DNA of 64,000 nt. It comes from an uncultured Desulfosarcina sp. (GTDB lineage: Bacteria > Desulfobacterota > Desulfobacteria > Desulfobacterales > Desulfosarcinaceae). Where the stretch lies: positions 960,001 through 1,024,000 of the forward strand of contig CAXXWQ010000004.1 in the NCBI GenBank assembly GCA_963674945.2, written 5' to 3'. A model generated the notes under the pieces. The model made no database searches. It had not been told where the DNA came from and was given only the letters and a program-made list of their open reading frames with translations. The position numbers were made by a program, and so were the translations under genes. The number at the start of each line of letters is the position of its first letter. The first letter of the stretch is position 1. Shown here one piece after another: positions 32,002 to 42,333 of the stretch.

Positions 32002-33027
32002 ATGGACCTGTCTACACAGTACATGGGACTTGCGTTAAAGAATCCGATCATTGTGGGAAGCTCCGGGATGACCGGCTCGGTGGAGAAAGTCAAGACGGCA
32101 GAGGCGGCCGGAGCCGCTGCGGTGGTTCTGAAATCGATCTTCGAGGAGGAGGTGGCACTGGAGTACGCCGACTTCATGAAGACGGCCCAACAGTTTCCCA
32201 AAGAGAGCCAGTACTTCGATTACGACGGGCGTAAAATTCCCATCGAGTACTACGACTACCTGGTTCGCGAGGAAAATCTGAAAAAGTATGTCACCCTGGT
32301 CACAGAGAGCAAGAAGGCCGTTTCGATCCCGGTCATTGCCAGCATCAACTGCTTTCTGCAATCCGTTGAATGGATCTCCTATGCACAACAACTGGAGGCG
32401 GCCGGTGCGGATGCGCTGGAGCTGAATATGTTTTTTCCGCCCACGGATTTCAAGAGAACGCGTGTGGATCGCAAGGACATCTATTTCAAGGTCACAGAGG
32501 AAGTCACCCAAAAGCTCTCTATTCCGACGGCGCTGAAAATCAGCTACTATTTTTCCGATCTGGGCCCTATGATCCAAAAATTGTCGCAGACCGGAATTGC
32601 CGGTTTGGTGCTCTTCAACCGCTACTTCAGCCCGGATATCGACATCGATAACTTTTCCATCACCAACGGATTTGTTTTCAGCACACCGTCGGACCTGTCC
32701 ATGTCTTTGCGCTGGATCGCCATTATGGCCGGGAAGGTGGATTGTGACCTTGCGGCTTCCACCGGTATCCACGACGGGGACGCAGTGATCAAACAGCTCT
32801 TGGCCGGCGCGGATGCCGTTCAGGTCGCCTCCTGCCTGTACAAGAACGGAATTGACTATCTGGGTGTAATGATCGACCGCCTTCAATCCTGGATGACCGC
32901 GAAGCGGTTCGATCATATTGGTGCTTTCAAAGGCAAAATGAGCCAGGAGAAGACCGCAGACCCGTCCATTTACGACCGTGTACAGTTTATGCGCTACTAC
33001 GGAGGCAAGAAGAATGTCGTCACCTAA
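32002..33027 (+). CDS. Dihydroorotate dehydrogenase-like flavoprotein
   Basis: LSTQYMGLALKNPI, VLKSIFEE, PVIASIN, ALELN, VLFNRY motifs. Confidence 0.88.
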   Translation: MDLSTQYMGLALKNPIIVGSSGMTGSVEKVKTAEAAGAAAVVLKSIFEEEVALEYADFMKTAQQFPKESQYFDYDGRKIPIEYYDYLVREENLKKYVTLVTESKKAVSIPVIASINCFLQSVEWISYAQQLEAAGADALELNMFFPPTDFKRTRVDRKDIYFKVTEEVTQKLSIPTALKISYYFSDLGPMIQKLSQTGIAGLVLFNRYFSPDIDIDNFSITNGFVFSTPSDLSMSLRWIAIMAGKVDCDLAASTGIHDGDAVIKQLLAGADAVQVASCLYKNGIDYLGVMIDRLQSWMTAKRFDHIGAFKGKMSQEKTADPSIYDRVQFMRYYGGKKNVVT

Positions 33028-33163
33028 ACGACTGCCGTTTCTTACAAAGGAAAAGAGATATTTTTAACATTTTCGAAAAAAACGAGACGACACACGCTTT
33101 GGCGATCCGGCAAACTATAATTGAATGGGCGCCAGGCAAGGACCATAATCCGTGAAAGACGCC

Positions 33164-33316
33164 ATGACCCTTCGGTTAATCCTCGGCGATCAGCTTAACA
33201 CGCAGCAGGGCTGGTTTCGGCAGGTCCGCGAAGACACCCTTTACACCCTTATGAAAGTTTGCCAGGAGATGGATGCCGTCAGGGCGCACATTCAAAGAAA
33301 TCAGTGTCTCGGTTGA
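33164..33316 (+). pseudogene. N-terminal remnant of a cryptochrome/photolyase-related (FeS-BCP/PhrB-like) protein
   Basis: Not in ORF track: MTLRLILGDQLNTQQGWF...LYTLMKVCQEMDAVRAHIQ matches the family start LxLILGDQL...E..YV.HH.QK. Confidence 0.7.
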
Positions 33317-33489
33317 ATGATGTTCAGTTGGCCGGCGTATCGGCCGACGACGTCACCCTCAAAACAGTTCTCCAATTCGTCGTCACTGACGCTTCTGGCA
33401 TCCCTGAGTTCATTCAAGGGACAGACAAATTCGTTGCCGGCCCCATCTTTTACCTTTACATAAACGGTTTCGTTGGTTTCCGTATTCAT
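33301..33489 (-). CDS. Small conserved hypothetical protein (62 aa)
   Basis: AAGGAG SD; YVKVKDGAGNEFVCPL. Confidence 0.65.
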   Translation of the reverse strand: MNTETNETVYVKVKDGAGNEFVCPLNELRDARSVSDDELENCFEGDVVGRYAGQLNIIQPRH

Positions 33490-33522
33490 GGGTATGCTCC
33501 TTTTCAATAAAACTTGTTCGCG

Positions 33523-34315
33523 TTACTGTTTACATGATTGACTGTTTATAAATTGCTCCAGGTTTGCCGGAGGATGACGCAATCCATCCAACCACGGCTT
33601 CGGGAAGGATTCAGGCCCATTGGCCGCCCCCAAGAGCGCCCCCAGAACTGCTCCCCTACCGGCATTGTCCCCACCGAGATTGGTGTTGGCGATGAGTCCG
33701 CGGGCGGTATCATGATGATACTTCAAAGCCAGATACAGCGTCACCGGCATGGCATCTTCCACATAACAGGCGCTACTGACATGTTTTCCAACTACCGTCT
33801 CGTCGGAATCTTTTAGCCAACGGAAAAATGGAAACCCCACCAATGGGTTGTCCTGGTTTCGAATTTTGGTAACAAGTGTATCTTCGAGCAAAGCGCCGTT
33901 TAGAACTGGAAGAAGTATATCCAAAAGCAAAATCGATGTACCGTTCCAGGTAGGCATCACTGTCATAGGTGCCATTTTCGACAATGGTATCGATCAGCAA
34001 TCCACAGAGCTTCAAATTGAGCGTATTCTCACCGGCCTGTAAAAACTGGTGGTAATGAATGCAATGCCGTCCCCAATATTTTCGCTGATCGTGAAGAATA
34101 TCGAAGGATCGATCGGTCACATAATCCACCGAGCGCCACAATATACTGTCAGGGTGAGGATTTTTGGGTCTCTGATAACTTGTGACATGGCCATAATCCC
34201 GGTAGAGTGCCTGTCGATCATAGTACCAGTGCACTGGCATGGCCAACGCATCCCCAATGAACATTCCGAGGATCGCACCTTTTTTTCGAGCCTGAAGATC
34301 AACCGTTCCCTTCAT
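33523..34315 (-). pseudogene. ADP-ribosylglycohydrolase (DraG-like), frame-broken and probably internally deleted
   Basis: N-terminal IGDALAMPVHWYY and C-terminal NLGGDNAGRGAVLGALLGA lie in different frames, joined at ~33930. Confidence 0.85.
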
Positions 34316-34569
34316 CTTGCCCCCTACAGCTCACCCATCGAACACGGTCGAATCGATGCTTTATGAATGTATGTATAGCTTCCATGTCGCCAGCAACTGA
34401 AATGATTGTCTTCATGTTGGTTACCCCCTTTCAGCGTCCATCCTTTCGGTTGTCGATGACCATTGCCGCGCATCGAAAAAATCGAAGTTTGTCTACTGAT
34501 CAACAAAGTATTCACCATGCAACGCATCTGCAAACTGGCCTCGGGCCAGAAGGGTCAGGATGGGGAAAA

Positions 34570-35749
34570 TCATATCTGCTCGTAAATAATGAGGATTTGA
34601 AGAGTTGAAAAGGCTGCAAGGTAGGTCAGACCTACTACTGAATACCTAAAAGACTCTTTGTAATAAAACCAAAGCAGGTCAGTGCTTCCATAGTCGGGTG
34701 ATAAACGTATGCAAAGCAAGCGGTTTAAACACACCGAATCAAACATAAACGCCACGGCAACGGCGCCCACACCGGCATTGGCGCCGACGACCGGTGAGAT
34801 GTTGACTGTGGCCAGCGGGGAGTGCGCTGTGAATACCGTCATCCGCTGGGCATACCAGTCCGCCGCCGGCCGATTGTTGGCATGCAGAACAATGTAGTCC
34901 CGGATGGTTGGTATGCACATGCACGCGCGCAGCGCTGGCGGCACCGGCGACCACTACGGAATCGCCGCTTTCTTTCAGTATCTCGGTCAACCGGTTGGGT
35001 GCCAGCGAACAATTGCGGATCAGGGCCTCGGTGCAATAGTGAAATCTCACCTGTTGTGGCAAATGGCCTTCTGCGGGCACCGCATCGTCCAACTCATCGG
35101 GAAGCCATGTATCAGCGGCCGATTTAACAAGATGGCGGATTGTTTTCTGACGGATGCATTCGATCATGCCTTCGATAAAGAAGACGAAGGCGCATGCCCC
35201 GGCATCCACCACGTTGGCCCGGGCCAGGACCTCCAATTGGGTTGGGGTCTCGGCCAATGACCGTCGAAGTGTTGCGTTGGAATCCACAAGCAGCTGGCCA
35301 AAATCGTCGCAGCGGCGGCGGTTGGTGTATAGGAATTCCGACCAGGCCCTCACGATCGTCAGGATGGTGCCCTCCACCGGTTTCTCGATGGCCTCGTAGA
35401 CGTATCTCACCGCCTTTTTTGCACTGACTGCGAACTGTTCGATGGAGATTCGGGAAATTTCGGCAGTTTCTGCACTGATGCCAAAGGGGAATTGCCCGAA
35501 AATGACTCCTGAGTTGCCGCGTGCGTTCAACAAGGCTGTTTCGGCGATCTGATCCAGTACTTGCTTATAGGGACGCTCCGGTCTCACCGTATCGACGACC
35601 GCGGCCAGGGTAAGGGTCATATTGGCCCCGGTGTCACCGTCCTGGACGGGAAAGACATTGATCCGATTCAACTGCTTCCGGTGGGCATGCACCTTCCGGT
35701 AACCGGCCAGAAACATGTAGTACAACCATCTACCATCGATACTTTTCAT
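34570..35749 (-). pseudogene. DAK2 (FakA-like)-DegV fusion, internally deleted
   Basis: NVFPVQDGDTG and ARGNSG (DAK2), then HVHTNHP is joined out of frame at ~34900 to the DegV C-terminus SPVVGANAGVGAVAV. Confidence 0.85.
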
Positions 35750-35840
35750 GAGAGCGAATCTCTTTTTTTTCTTCCTGACAATTTCAAGGAAAGAGAAAAG
35801 GACTGTGAGAACTTATCATCAATACTGCCCGTTCCTAATT

Positions 35841-36509
35841 TTACGCAGGGATCTGTTCGCAGTCTTTGTTTTGATAAACCTGCCGTTCACGATTCGTCCA
35901 ACGAATCCGTTTTCGATTGGCTTTCAGAAGGATTGGATCAGTTGTACCCAAACCGGATGTTCTGCACCCGGCTTGTGTCCGAAGGTTGAAAGCGCTGATG
36001 TGCGTTTGACTTTGTATTGCTTTCGATTTCTTGACATCTGCCAGGCTCTTTGTTCTCTTTATGGCATACCTCGATGAAAAATGTACAACGATAGCCAGTA
36101 GCGGACTGGTCGCCAACCAGGCGGCTATGGCACCGAATCCGATCTGTTTTACGGCCAGCAAACCACTCCATACATCATTTTGTAGCGATGACACCATTGC
36201 ATCAAAGGAAGCCGTCGAATTGCTTGCGTCGAACCATATGTTCCCGAGAGCAATGTAACCGCCCAGCAGCAGAATTTGCAAGGGATAAACACCATAGTTT
36301 ACAACTTGAATGATGCCATGATTCAACCGCAGCACTACTGCGAACAAAGCACACAGCACCGTTGCCACTCCTGGTATGGGAAACACACCCAATACGACAC
36401 CCAGGGTAACACTCACGACAATTTTTTCTGGGTTTGTACCCTGTCTCAGCGCATGATGAATGGCATTTATCAGTGTCTCCAGGGAGATCATCACAAAGTT
36501 CCTTTTCAT
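35841..36509 (-). CDS. DUF2062-family membrane protein
   Basis: QGTNPEKI..SVTLG..LGVFPIPG...LRLN motif. Confidence 0.75.
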   Translation of the reverse strand: MKRNFVMISLETLINAIHHALRQGTNPEKIVVSVTLGVVLGVFPIPGVATVLCALFAVVLRLNHGIIQVVNYGVYPLQILLLGGYIALGNIWFDASNSTASFDAMVSSLQNDVWSGLLAVKQIGFGAIAAWLATSPLLAIVVHFSSRYAIKRTKSLADVKKSKAIQSQTHISAFNLRTQAGCRTSGLGTTDPILLKANRKRIRWTNRERQVYQNKDCEQIPA

Positions 36510-36852
36510 CGGTTGTTGTAGAATATACCTGCCGATTGAAATTGGGGAGCTCAACGAAAACCTATAGTCCTATAAGTCCTAAAATTGCCAGTGTAGACCA
36601 GAATTCAATACGATCGGTTTGGTTGGCCATTGACAGGATAAAACTGCCAGTCGGGCAGTCCACACCAGTTTTTATTTCAAGACTGGCGTCTTTCTGTGTC
36701 CTATGAACACTGATGACCAATGATTTCATGGGTAGGTTTGACCCACCACAATACGGTCATCCGAATCGTATTGCCCGTTCCTGCCAACTGCTACATAATG
36801 AGGTGTGAATACAAAGATTGTTATTTGCGGAAGAAAAACAGGTGAAATTCTC

Positions 36853-37434
36853 ATGAGAATGATCTATTCGTTACTAATTCTATTGTCAGAATCTGTTATT
36901 CTACCAGTCTCCAACAGCCTGGCGAATCAGGATGAAATGATCGAAAGACTACAAACCGGAAGTCATATCCTAATGGTTCGTCATGCGTTGGCACCCGGCA
37001 GTGGTGACCCAAAGGATTTTAGGATCGGCGAATGTTCCACGCAGCGTAATCTTAACGAGGCTGGCCGCGCTCAGGCAAGAAGCATCGGCGATTGGCTTCG
37101 TGCTACAGGCGTCGTGTCTGCACGTGTGTATTCCAGCCAATGGTGCCGGTGCCTCGAAACGGCACGGCTGATGCAAATGGGTCCTGTACAAGAATTACCC
37201 GCGCTGAACTCATTCTATGAGCGCGTTCAGGACCGCAGACCGAACATCAACGCCTTGAACGATTTCATCTCCCGGCAGCCCGTGGATGGCGAATTGATTG
37301 TATTCGTAACGCATTTCGTAACTATTGCTGCCATAACCGGAGAGAGTGTTTCCTCGGGCACGGGCGTCCTGTTGGAATTGCGCCAAGATTCGTCCTATGA
37401 AGTGGTTGGTAAGCTGACTTTTGATAGGCAGTGA
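36853..37434 (+). CDS. Histidine phosphatase family protein
   Basis: RHA, QRNL..AG..QA, SSQWCRCLETA, VTH motifs. Confidence 0.88.
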   Translation: MRMIYSLLILLSESVILPVSNSLANQDEMIERLQTGSHILMVRHALAPGSGDPKDFRIGECSTQRNLNEAGRAQARSIGDWLRATGVVSARVYSSQWCRCLETARLMQMGPVQELPALNSFYERVQDRRPNINALNDFISRQPVDGELIVFVTHFVTIAAITGESVSSGTGVLLELRQDSSYEVVGKLTFDRQ

Positions 37435-37458
37435 TCTTTTTCTCCTGGTCATTTATCA

Positions 37459-39209
37459 CCTGATTTTTGCACAACGAAAAATAGAAAAGGAAGAAACCAT
37501 CTGGGAATCCTGTTATAAAGGGAGGTGACTGCCTTCCACAATATAAACAGGAGGTACCCAGATGGTAAAATATAGTAAATCAAAAAGCCGTAAAAACCGC
37601 AAGAACAAAGGGTTTAAGAAAAACGCCGCCAAGGCCAGAAAAATCAATGCTTCTACACCGCATGAGACATGCAGTGAGCAGCTGAGCCCATTTGGCGGGC
37701 TTTTAGCGGTGATCAAATTTTTCGATTTGATCGATTTCAAACAAATATTTAACGCCACCTATCATGCACCTGCTCGGCAACCAAAGCTGGGCCACTATTC
37801 GATGGTGGTAGGACTTCTGATGCTACTGTTTATAGGCTTTAACAGAATCTGGCATTTTACCTACATCCGACTCGATGCCATGCTGTGTGGATTTTTCCGG
37901 CTGACAAAGTTGCCGGTGGCGAGCACCTTCTGGCGATACCTTGACAGCTTGGGTATCAACCAAGCCCAGTCCCTTCAGAACCTCATGAGTATTTTGCGAG
38001 ATCGAGTGTGGCAACAACTGGGTTTCAATTATTTCCGGATATGCATCGATATCGACACCACCGTCGAGACGCTGTATGGCAATCAGCAAGGCGGCCGTAA
38101 AGGCCATAACACCAAAAACCGGGGCAAGAAAGGCTACCGGCCGGTGCTGTGCTTCATTGAGCAGACCCGGGAGTGTCTTATAGGAAAGCTTCGAAAAGGC
38201 GAGACACTCAGTGGCAAACAGACCGCTACCTTTATCCTCCAGACAAAATCCCATTTGCCCGGTTGTGTTCGCCAAGTCTTGCTGCGGGCAGATGGAGAGT
38301 TCCTGAGTTGGGAAAGTGTTCAGGCTGCAAGACACTGCGGTTATGACTTTATCATCGCCAACAAGAGATGCGATCCGCCTTTTGATACGAGTGGTTGGTA
38401 TCGGCCTTGGAAACGCAATGATGTTGAGTATAACAGCTGTGTCTATCAACCCCTTGGTTGAGATACCCCGTGTCGGTTTGTGGCCATGCGTATACCGAAA
38501 GCCAAATCAACTTCAAACCAGCAAGTGCAATGCGCGCTCTTTGAAGACGACAACTATACATACCGGATATTCTGCACGAGCCTTTCAGGGCCGGCCCATG
38601 AGGTGGTCAGCCAGTATGATAAACGCGCTGACGTTGAAAACCTGGTGGGCGAGGCCAAACGCGAAGGTCTTGCGGCCATCCCATCGGCAAAGTTCAAAAA
38701 CAACTACGCGTTCTTTCAACTGGTGCTGCTGACCTATAATATCTGGCGATACCTGAAGCTGCTGGCCGCCAAGAGCCAAGTCGGGAAACAGATGCCGTCC
38801 TTGAAAACGGTGTCATCCAATACGATCCGGATCGCCCGTCTGAAGCTGCTCTTTATTGCCTCCAAAGTTGTCAAAGATCAAAACCGTGATAAGGTCAAGT
38901 ACTCCATATACGATGCAAGAACACCCGCGATGATCCACTTCCTCAACTTTCTGGATCAAACGCGATTGAAACCGAAGCCGTGGAGGCGAGCGGCATGTTG
39001 AACGTCTGCGTAACTCGGGAGAATATCATGCAAGAATTTTCTTGCACGACAATTTCCTTTGTATATGGGCAGTTAAACGAAACACGGGTAAACTGTATAC
39101 TTCATACTAAAGGCAACGATCATGTGTTAGAGTAGAAAACGAACTCTTCATCATTTTGGAAAAATTGGCCACCGTGGCCATTTAAAGCTAATTGCGTGCA
39201 AAATTCAGG
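37459..39209 (+). mobile_element. IS1380-family insertion sequence (1751 bp)
   Basis: IRs CCTGATTTTTGCAC (37459-37472) and GTGCAAAATTCAGG (39196-39209), 13/14 match. Flanks TATCA/TAACA are not a perfect TSD. Confidence 0.88.
37562..39001 (+). pseudogene. IS1380 DDE transposase with in-frame TGA nonsense codon
   Basis: IDIDTT, RADGEF and Y..RA..EN...E.K motifs. TGA at 38459-38461 (PLG*DTP, probably from TGG); both halves are in the same frame. Confidence 0.88.
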
Positions 39210-39650
39210 TAACAATCAATGATGTTGCCTTCGTAATGAATAACAGGAGGGATGTCCCTGCTTTTGAATACGGCTTCAAAACCTGCCTCCACCAACACCT
39301 GATCAACCGTTTTTTCGCCGATGACCGGAACGGTTCAGGGGGGTTATGTCTCACAATTCACCAGGCGGATGGCTTTTATATTTACGGTTGTCAGCAAAAC
39401 TGGAACGACGGGAAAAACTAAAGATGATTCACATGTTGACTAAGCATGGTGCCAAATGGCTTCCCGCTGACCGTTCAGAAATCGGAGACCATCGTCGATC
39501 ATTGCTCTTATGATCTCTACATCCAATGGGCTGAGGATGTTTTCAAGGGCAAGCAGATTGCTTGCTTTATCATCAATCGACGATCAATATCTTGGGCATC
39601 TCCTATCGCTCCTTTATCTGCGAACCACTCACCGTCACAAAAAGCCAGCC

Positions 39651-40859
39651 TTACGCGGCCGGTAACGTCGGCACCCCCTTCATGGCAGGCAGGTAGATAT
39701 GAAAGCTGGCACCGGCGCCGACTTCCGATTGGGCCTGAATATATCCGCCATGCCGGCTGATGATCGAATGCGCAATGGCCAAGCCAAGCCCCATCCCCTT
39801 AACGCTGCCCCGCTCTTTGGTTGAAAAGTATGGGTCAAATATCTTATCAAGATTCTCTGCGGCGATCCCCGGACCCTCATCCGTGATAGATATTTTTACA
39901 TAGGATCCGGGACGCATGGTGGCCCCAATCGAATTGCCTTCCGACCAAGCTTCCCAATTTAAGGCCCGAATTTTAAGGGTTCCCCCTTGGGGCATGGCCT
40001 CCCTGGCATTGGTGGCCAAGACGTAAAGTACCTGCTCCATCTGCTTGAGGTCAGCCTCGATATTCCACAACTTTTCCTGGAGAGAGAATTCATACCTAAC
40101 GTTAGAACCGATCAGGGCGGCAACGATGGACCTCAACATCAGCTCGACGGAAATGACCTCCTTGCGCGGTTCTCCGCCGCCGGAAAAGGTGATGAACCGG
40201 CTGGTAAGCTCCGTTGCGTTGCCAACCGCCGTTTCTGCTTCAGCCAGAAGGCGGTCAACGCGATCGTCCTTAATGCCATAAAGGCGGGCCAATTCGATCT
40301 TGCCAAGTACCACAGTAAGCATATTATTGAAATCATGTGCTATCCCACCAGCCAAGGTGCCCATGGCTTCCAACATCCTGGTCTTGAGAAGCTCCTGCTC
40401 CGCCTTTTTGCGCGCTTCGATTTCTTGCGCCAGTGCCAGCACCAATTCCTCCAGGCTGGCCTTCTGCCGGATAATTTCGGCCTTCTGCTCGTTGAGCTCG
40501 AGAAATACTCTCACCTTTGAGAGTAAAATTTCGGGACTGAAGGGCTTGGTGACGAAATCCACCCCGCCGGAGGCATAGCCCCTGAAGATGTGGGGATCGT
40601 CGGAGTAAACTGCCGATAAGAAAATGATGGGTAGATGTCGGGTTCGCTGGTCGTTGCGAAGCAGGCCGGCCAGTTCGTAGCCATCCATGGTTGGCATCTG
40701 GACGTCCAGAATCGCCAGTGCGAAGTCATGGTTGAGGCTGGCCCGCAGGGCCTCATCGCCGCTTGCTGCCTTGATGATCTCGACATCCAGGCTTTCGAGT
40801 ACTCGTTGTAGGGCCAACAAATTGTTGTCTTTGTCATCTACGATCAGGATTTTGTCCAT
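39651..40859 (-). CDS. Hybrid sensor kinase (REC-HisKA-HATPase)
   Basis: ILIVDD, LDVQMP, GGIAHDFNN, DEGPG, GMGLGL motifs. Confidence 0.93.
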   Translation of the reverse strand: MDKILIVDDKDNNLLALQRVLESLDVEIIKAASGDEALRASLNHDFALAILDVQMPTMDGYELAGLLRNDQRTRHLPIIFLSAVYSDDPHIFRGYASGGVDFVTKPFSPEILLSKVRVFLELNEQKAEIIRQKASLEELVLALAQEIEARKKAEQELLKTRMLEAMGTLAGGIAHDFNNMLTVVLGKIELARLYGIKDDRVDRLLAEAETAVGNATELTSRFITFSGGGEPRKEVISVELMLRSIVAALIGSNVRYEFSLQEKLWNIEADLKQMEQVLYVLATNAREAMPQGGTLKIRALNWEAWSEGNSIGATMRPGSYVKISITDEGPGIAAENLDKIFDPYFSTKERGSVKGMGLGLAIAHSIISRHGGYIQAQSEVGAGASFHIYLPAMKGVPTLPAA

Positions 40860-40879
40860 GGCCTTCACTCTCTGTCCGG

Positions 40880-41497
40880 TTAAACGCGTTTGCAAAAGGT
40901 CCTTCCCAATTCGTATAGCAAGCGGCCGATACGGTCGATGCTTAGCACGTAATCCGCTTGCGTCTCATTCAGTGCTTCAAGGGGCATGGTTGGATAGGTT
41001 GCGGTTTTTGGGTCCTGAACGATGGCAATGCCCCCCTTGGATTTAATGCGGCTCAGGCCGGCGGCCCCGTCCTTGCTGGCGCCCGTGAGGATCACGCCGA
41101 TAAGGCCGTCCCCGTAAACATCCGCGGCCGTCTCGAAGAGCACGTCGATGGAAGGCCTAGAAAAATTTACCTTCTCTTCCGTGGAAAGGGCGAATGTCTT
41201 GTCTGCCTCGATTAACAAATGATAATTTGCAGGCGCCAGATAAACCACTCCCGTCTGGACGACTTCTTTCTCTTCGGCCTCCTTGACCGCCAGCCGACAG
41301 TCCTGGCGTAACTGTGTCACCAAAAAGTCATCTTGCTGGGGATGCATGTGCTGGACGATGATCAAAGAAAGGCCAAAGTCAGCAGGCAGTACCTTCAAAA
41401 GGGTCTGCAAGGCATCGAGACCACCGGCGGAAACTCCGGCTACTACCGCTTGATACGGTTTTGTCCTTAAGGACTCATTTTTCGATAAATCTTCCAT
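40880..41497 (-). CDS. cheB: Stand-alone CheB-type methylesterase
   Basis: GVSAGG, IVQH, RPSIDVLF, LTGAS.DG motifs; no REC domain. Confidence 0.92.
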   Translation of the reverse strand: MEDLSKNESLRTKPYQAVVAGVSAGGLDALQTLLKVLPADFGLSLIIVQHMHPQQDDFLVTQLRQDCRLAVKEAEEKEVVQTGVVYLAPANYHLLIEADKTFALSTEEKVNFSRPSIDVLFETAADVYGDGLIGVILTGASKDGAAGLSRIKSKGGIAIVQDPKTATYPTMPLEALNETQADYVLSIDRIGRLLYELGRTFCKRV

Positions 41498-42300
41498 TTA
41501 GAACTTATCACCTTGAAATTGTCGGCAACTTCCGTGAATTGAAGCGATTCCTTGCTGCCCAAAGCCAGAACCCCGCCCCGCACGAGGCTCTCATGGAAAA
41601 GCTTGAGTACCTGGTCCTGCAGTACCTTGTCAAAATAAATCAAGACATTACGGCACAATATCAGGTGAACCTCGCTGAAAACGCCATCGGTCGATAGGTT
41701 GTGATTGGCAAAGGTGATGTTTTTTTTGAGCGCCTTATCCAGAACCGCCGCATCATAACCGCTACGATAATACTGTGAAAACGAGCCGCTCCCGCCGGAG
41801 CGATGATAGGCAGCGGTATATTCCTTCATTTTTTCCAGAGGATAAATTCCCTCCTGGGCCTTGGCCAGGGCAAGGTCATTGAAGTCCGTGGCAAAAATGG
41901 TCGTACGCTCGTAAAAACCTTCCTCTTTAAGAACAATCGCCAGTGAGTAGACCTCCTCGCCCGTCGCGCAACCGGCGTGCCAAATTCGGACATAGGGAAA
42001 GGTCTTCAGGTGAGGTATGACCTGCTCCCGTAAAAATATGAAAAACTCAGGGTCGCGGAACATCTCGGATACGGTGATGGACAGATCGCAAACGAGCTTT
42101 TCGAATAGGGTTTCATCGTGAAGCACCGGGGGGATCATGTCACCGATTGTCACAAATCCAGAGGCAGCGACAAAGCCTCGTATGCGCCTCTTGATGGAGA
42201 CCCGCGAATAGTTCCTGAAATCATGGCCGTAACGCCTATAGATGGCCTCCAGCAGCAGATCGACCTCGATTTCCTCGATTTCTTCAGTGAGCATACCCAC
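41467..42300 (-). CDS. cheR: CheR-type protein-glutamate methyltransferase
   Basis: MFRDP, WHAGCATGEE, CRNVLIYF motifs. Confidence 0.95.
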   Translation of the reverse strand: MGMLTEEIEEIEVDLLLEAIYRRYGHDFRNYSRVSIKRRIRGFVAASGFVTIGDMIPPVLHDETLFEKLVCDLSITVSEMFRDPEFFIFLREQVIPHLKTFPYVRIWHAGCATGEEVYSLAIVLKEEGFYERTTIFATDFNDLALAKAQEGIYPLEKMKEYTAAYHRSGGSGSFSQYYRSGYDAAVLDKALKKNITFANHNLSTDGVFSEVHLILCRNVLIYFDKVLQDQVLKLFHESLVRGGVLALGSKESLQFTEVADNFKVISSKWKIYRKMSP

Positions 42301-42333
42301 AAAAACCTCAAGTGTCCAAAAAGAAGCCCCCTG

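Noticed and set aside
36562..36729. 55-aa minus-strand ORF upstream of DUF2062
   Set aside because: No recognisable SD or family motif; insufficient support.
38459..38461. Sec or recoded TGA in the IS1380 transposase
   Set aside because: The context fits a TGG-to-TGA nonsense change, and other genes here use TGA as stop.
39210..39650. Genes right of IS1380
   Set aside because: Short stop-interrupted frames with no recognisable motif; at best an unidentifiable remnant.
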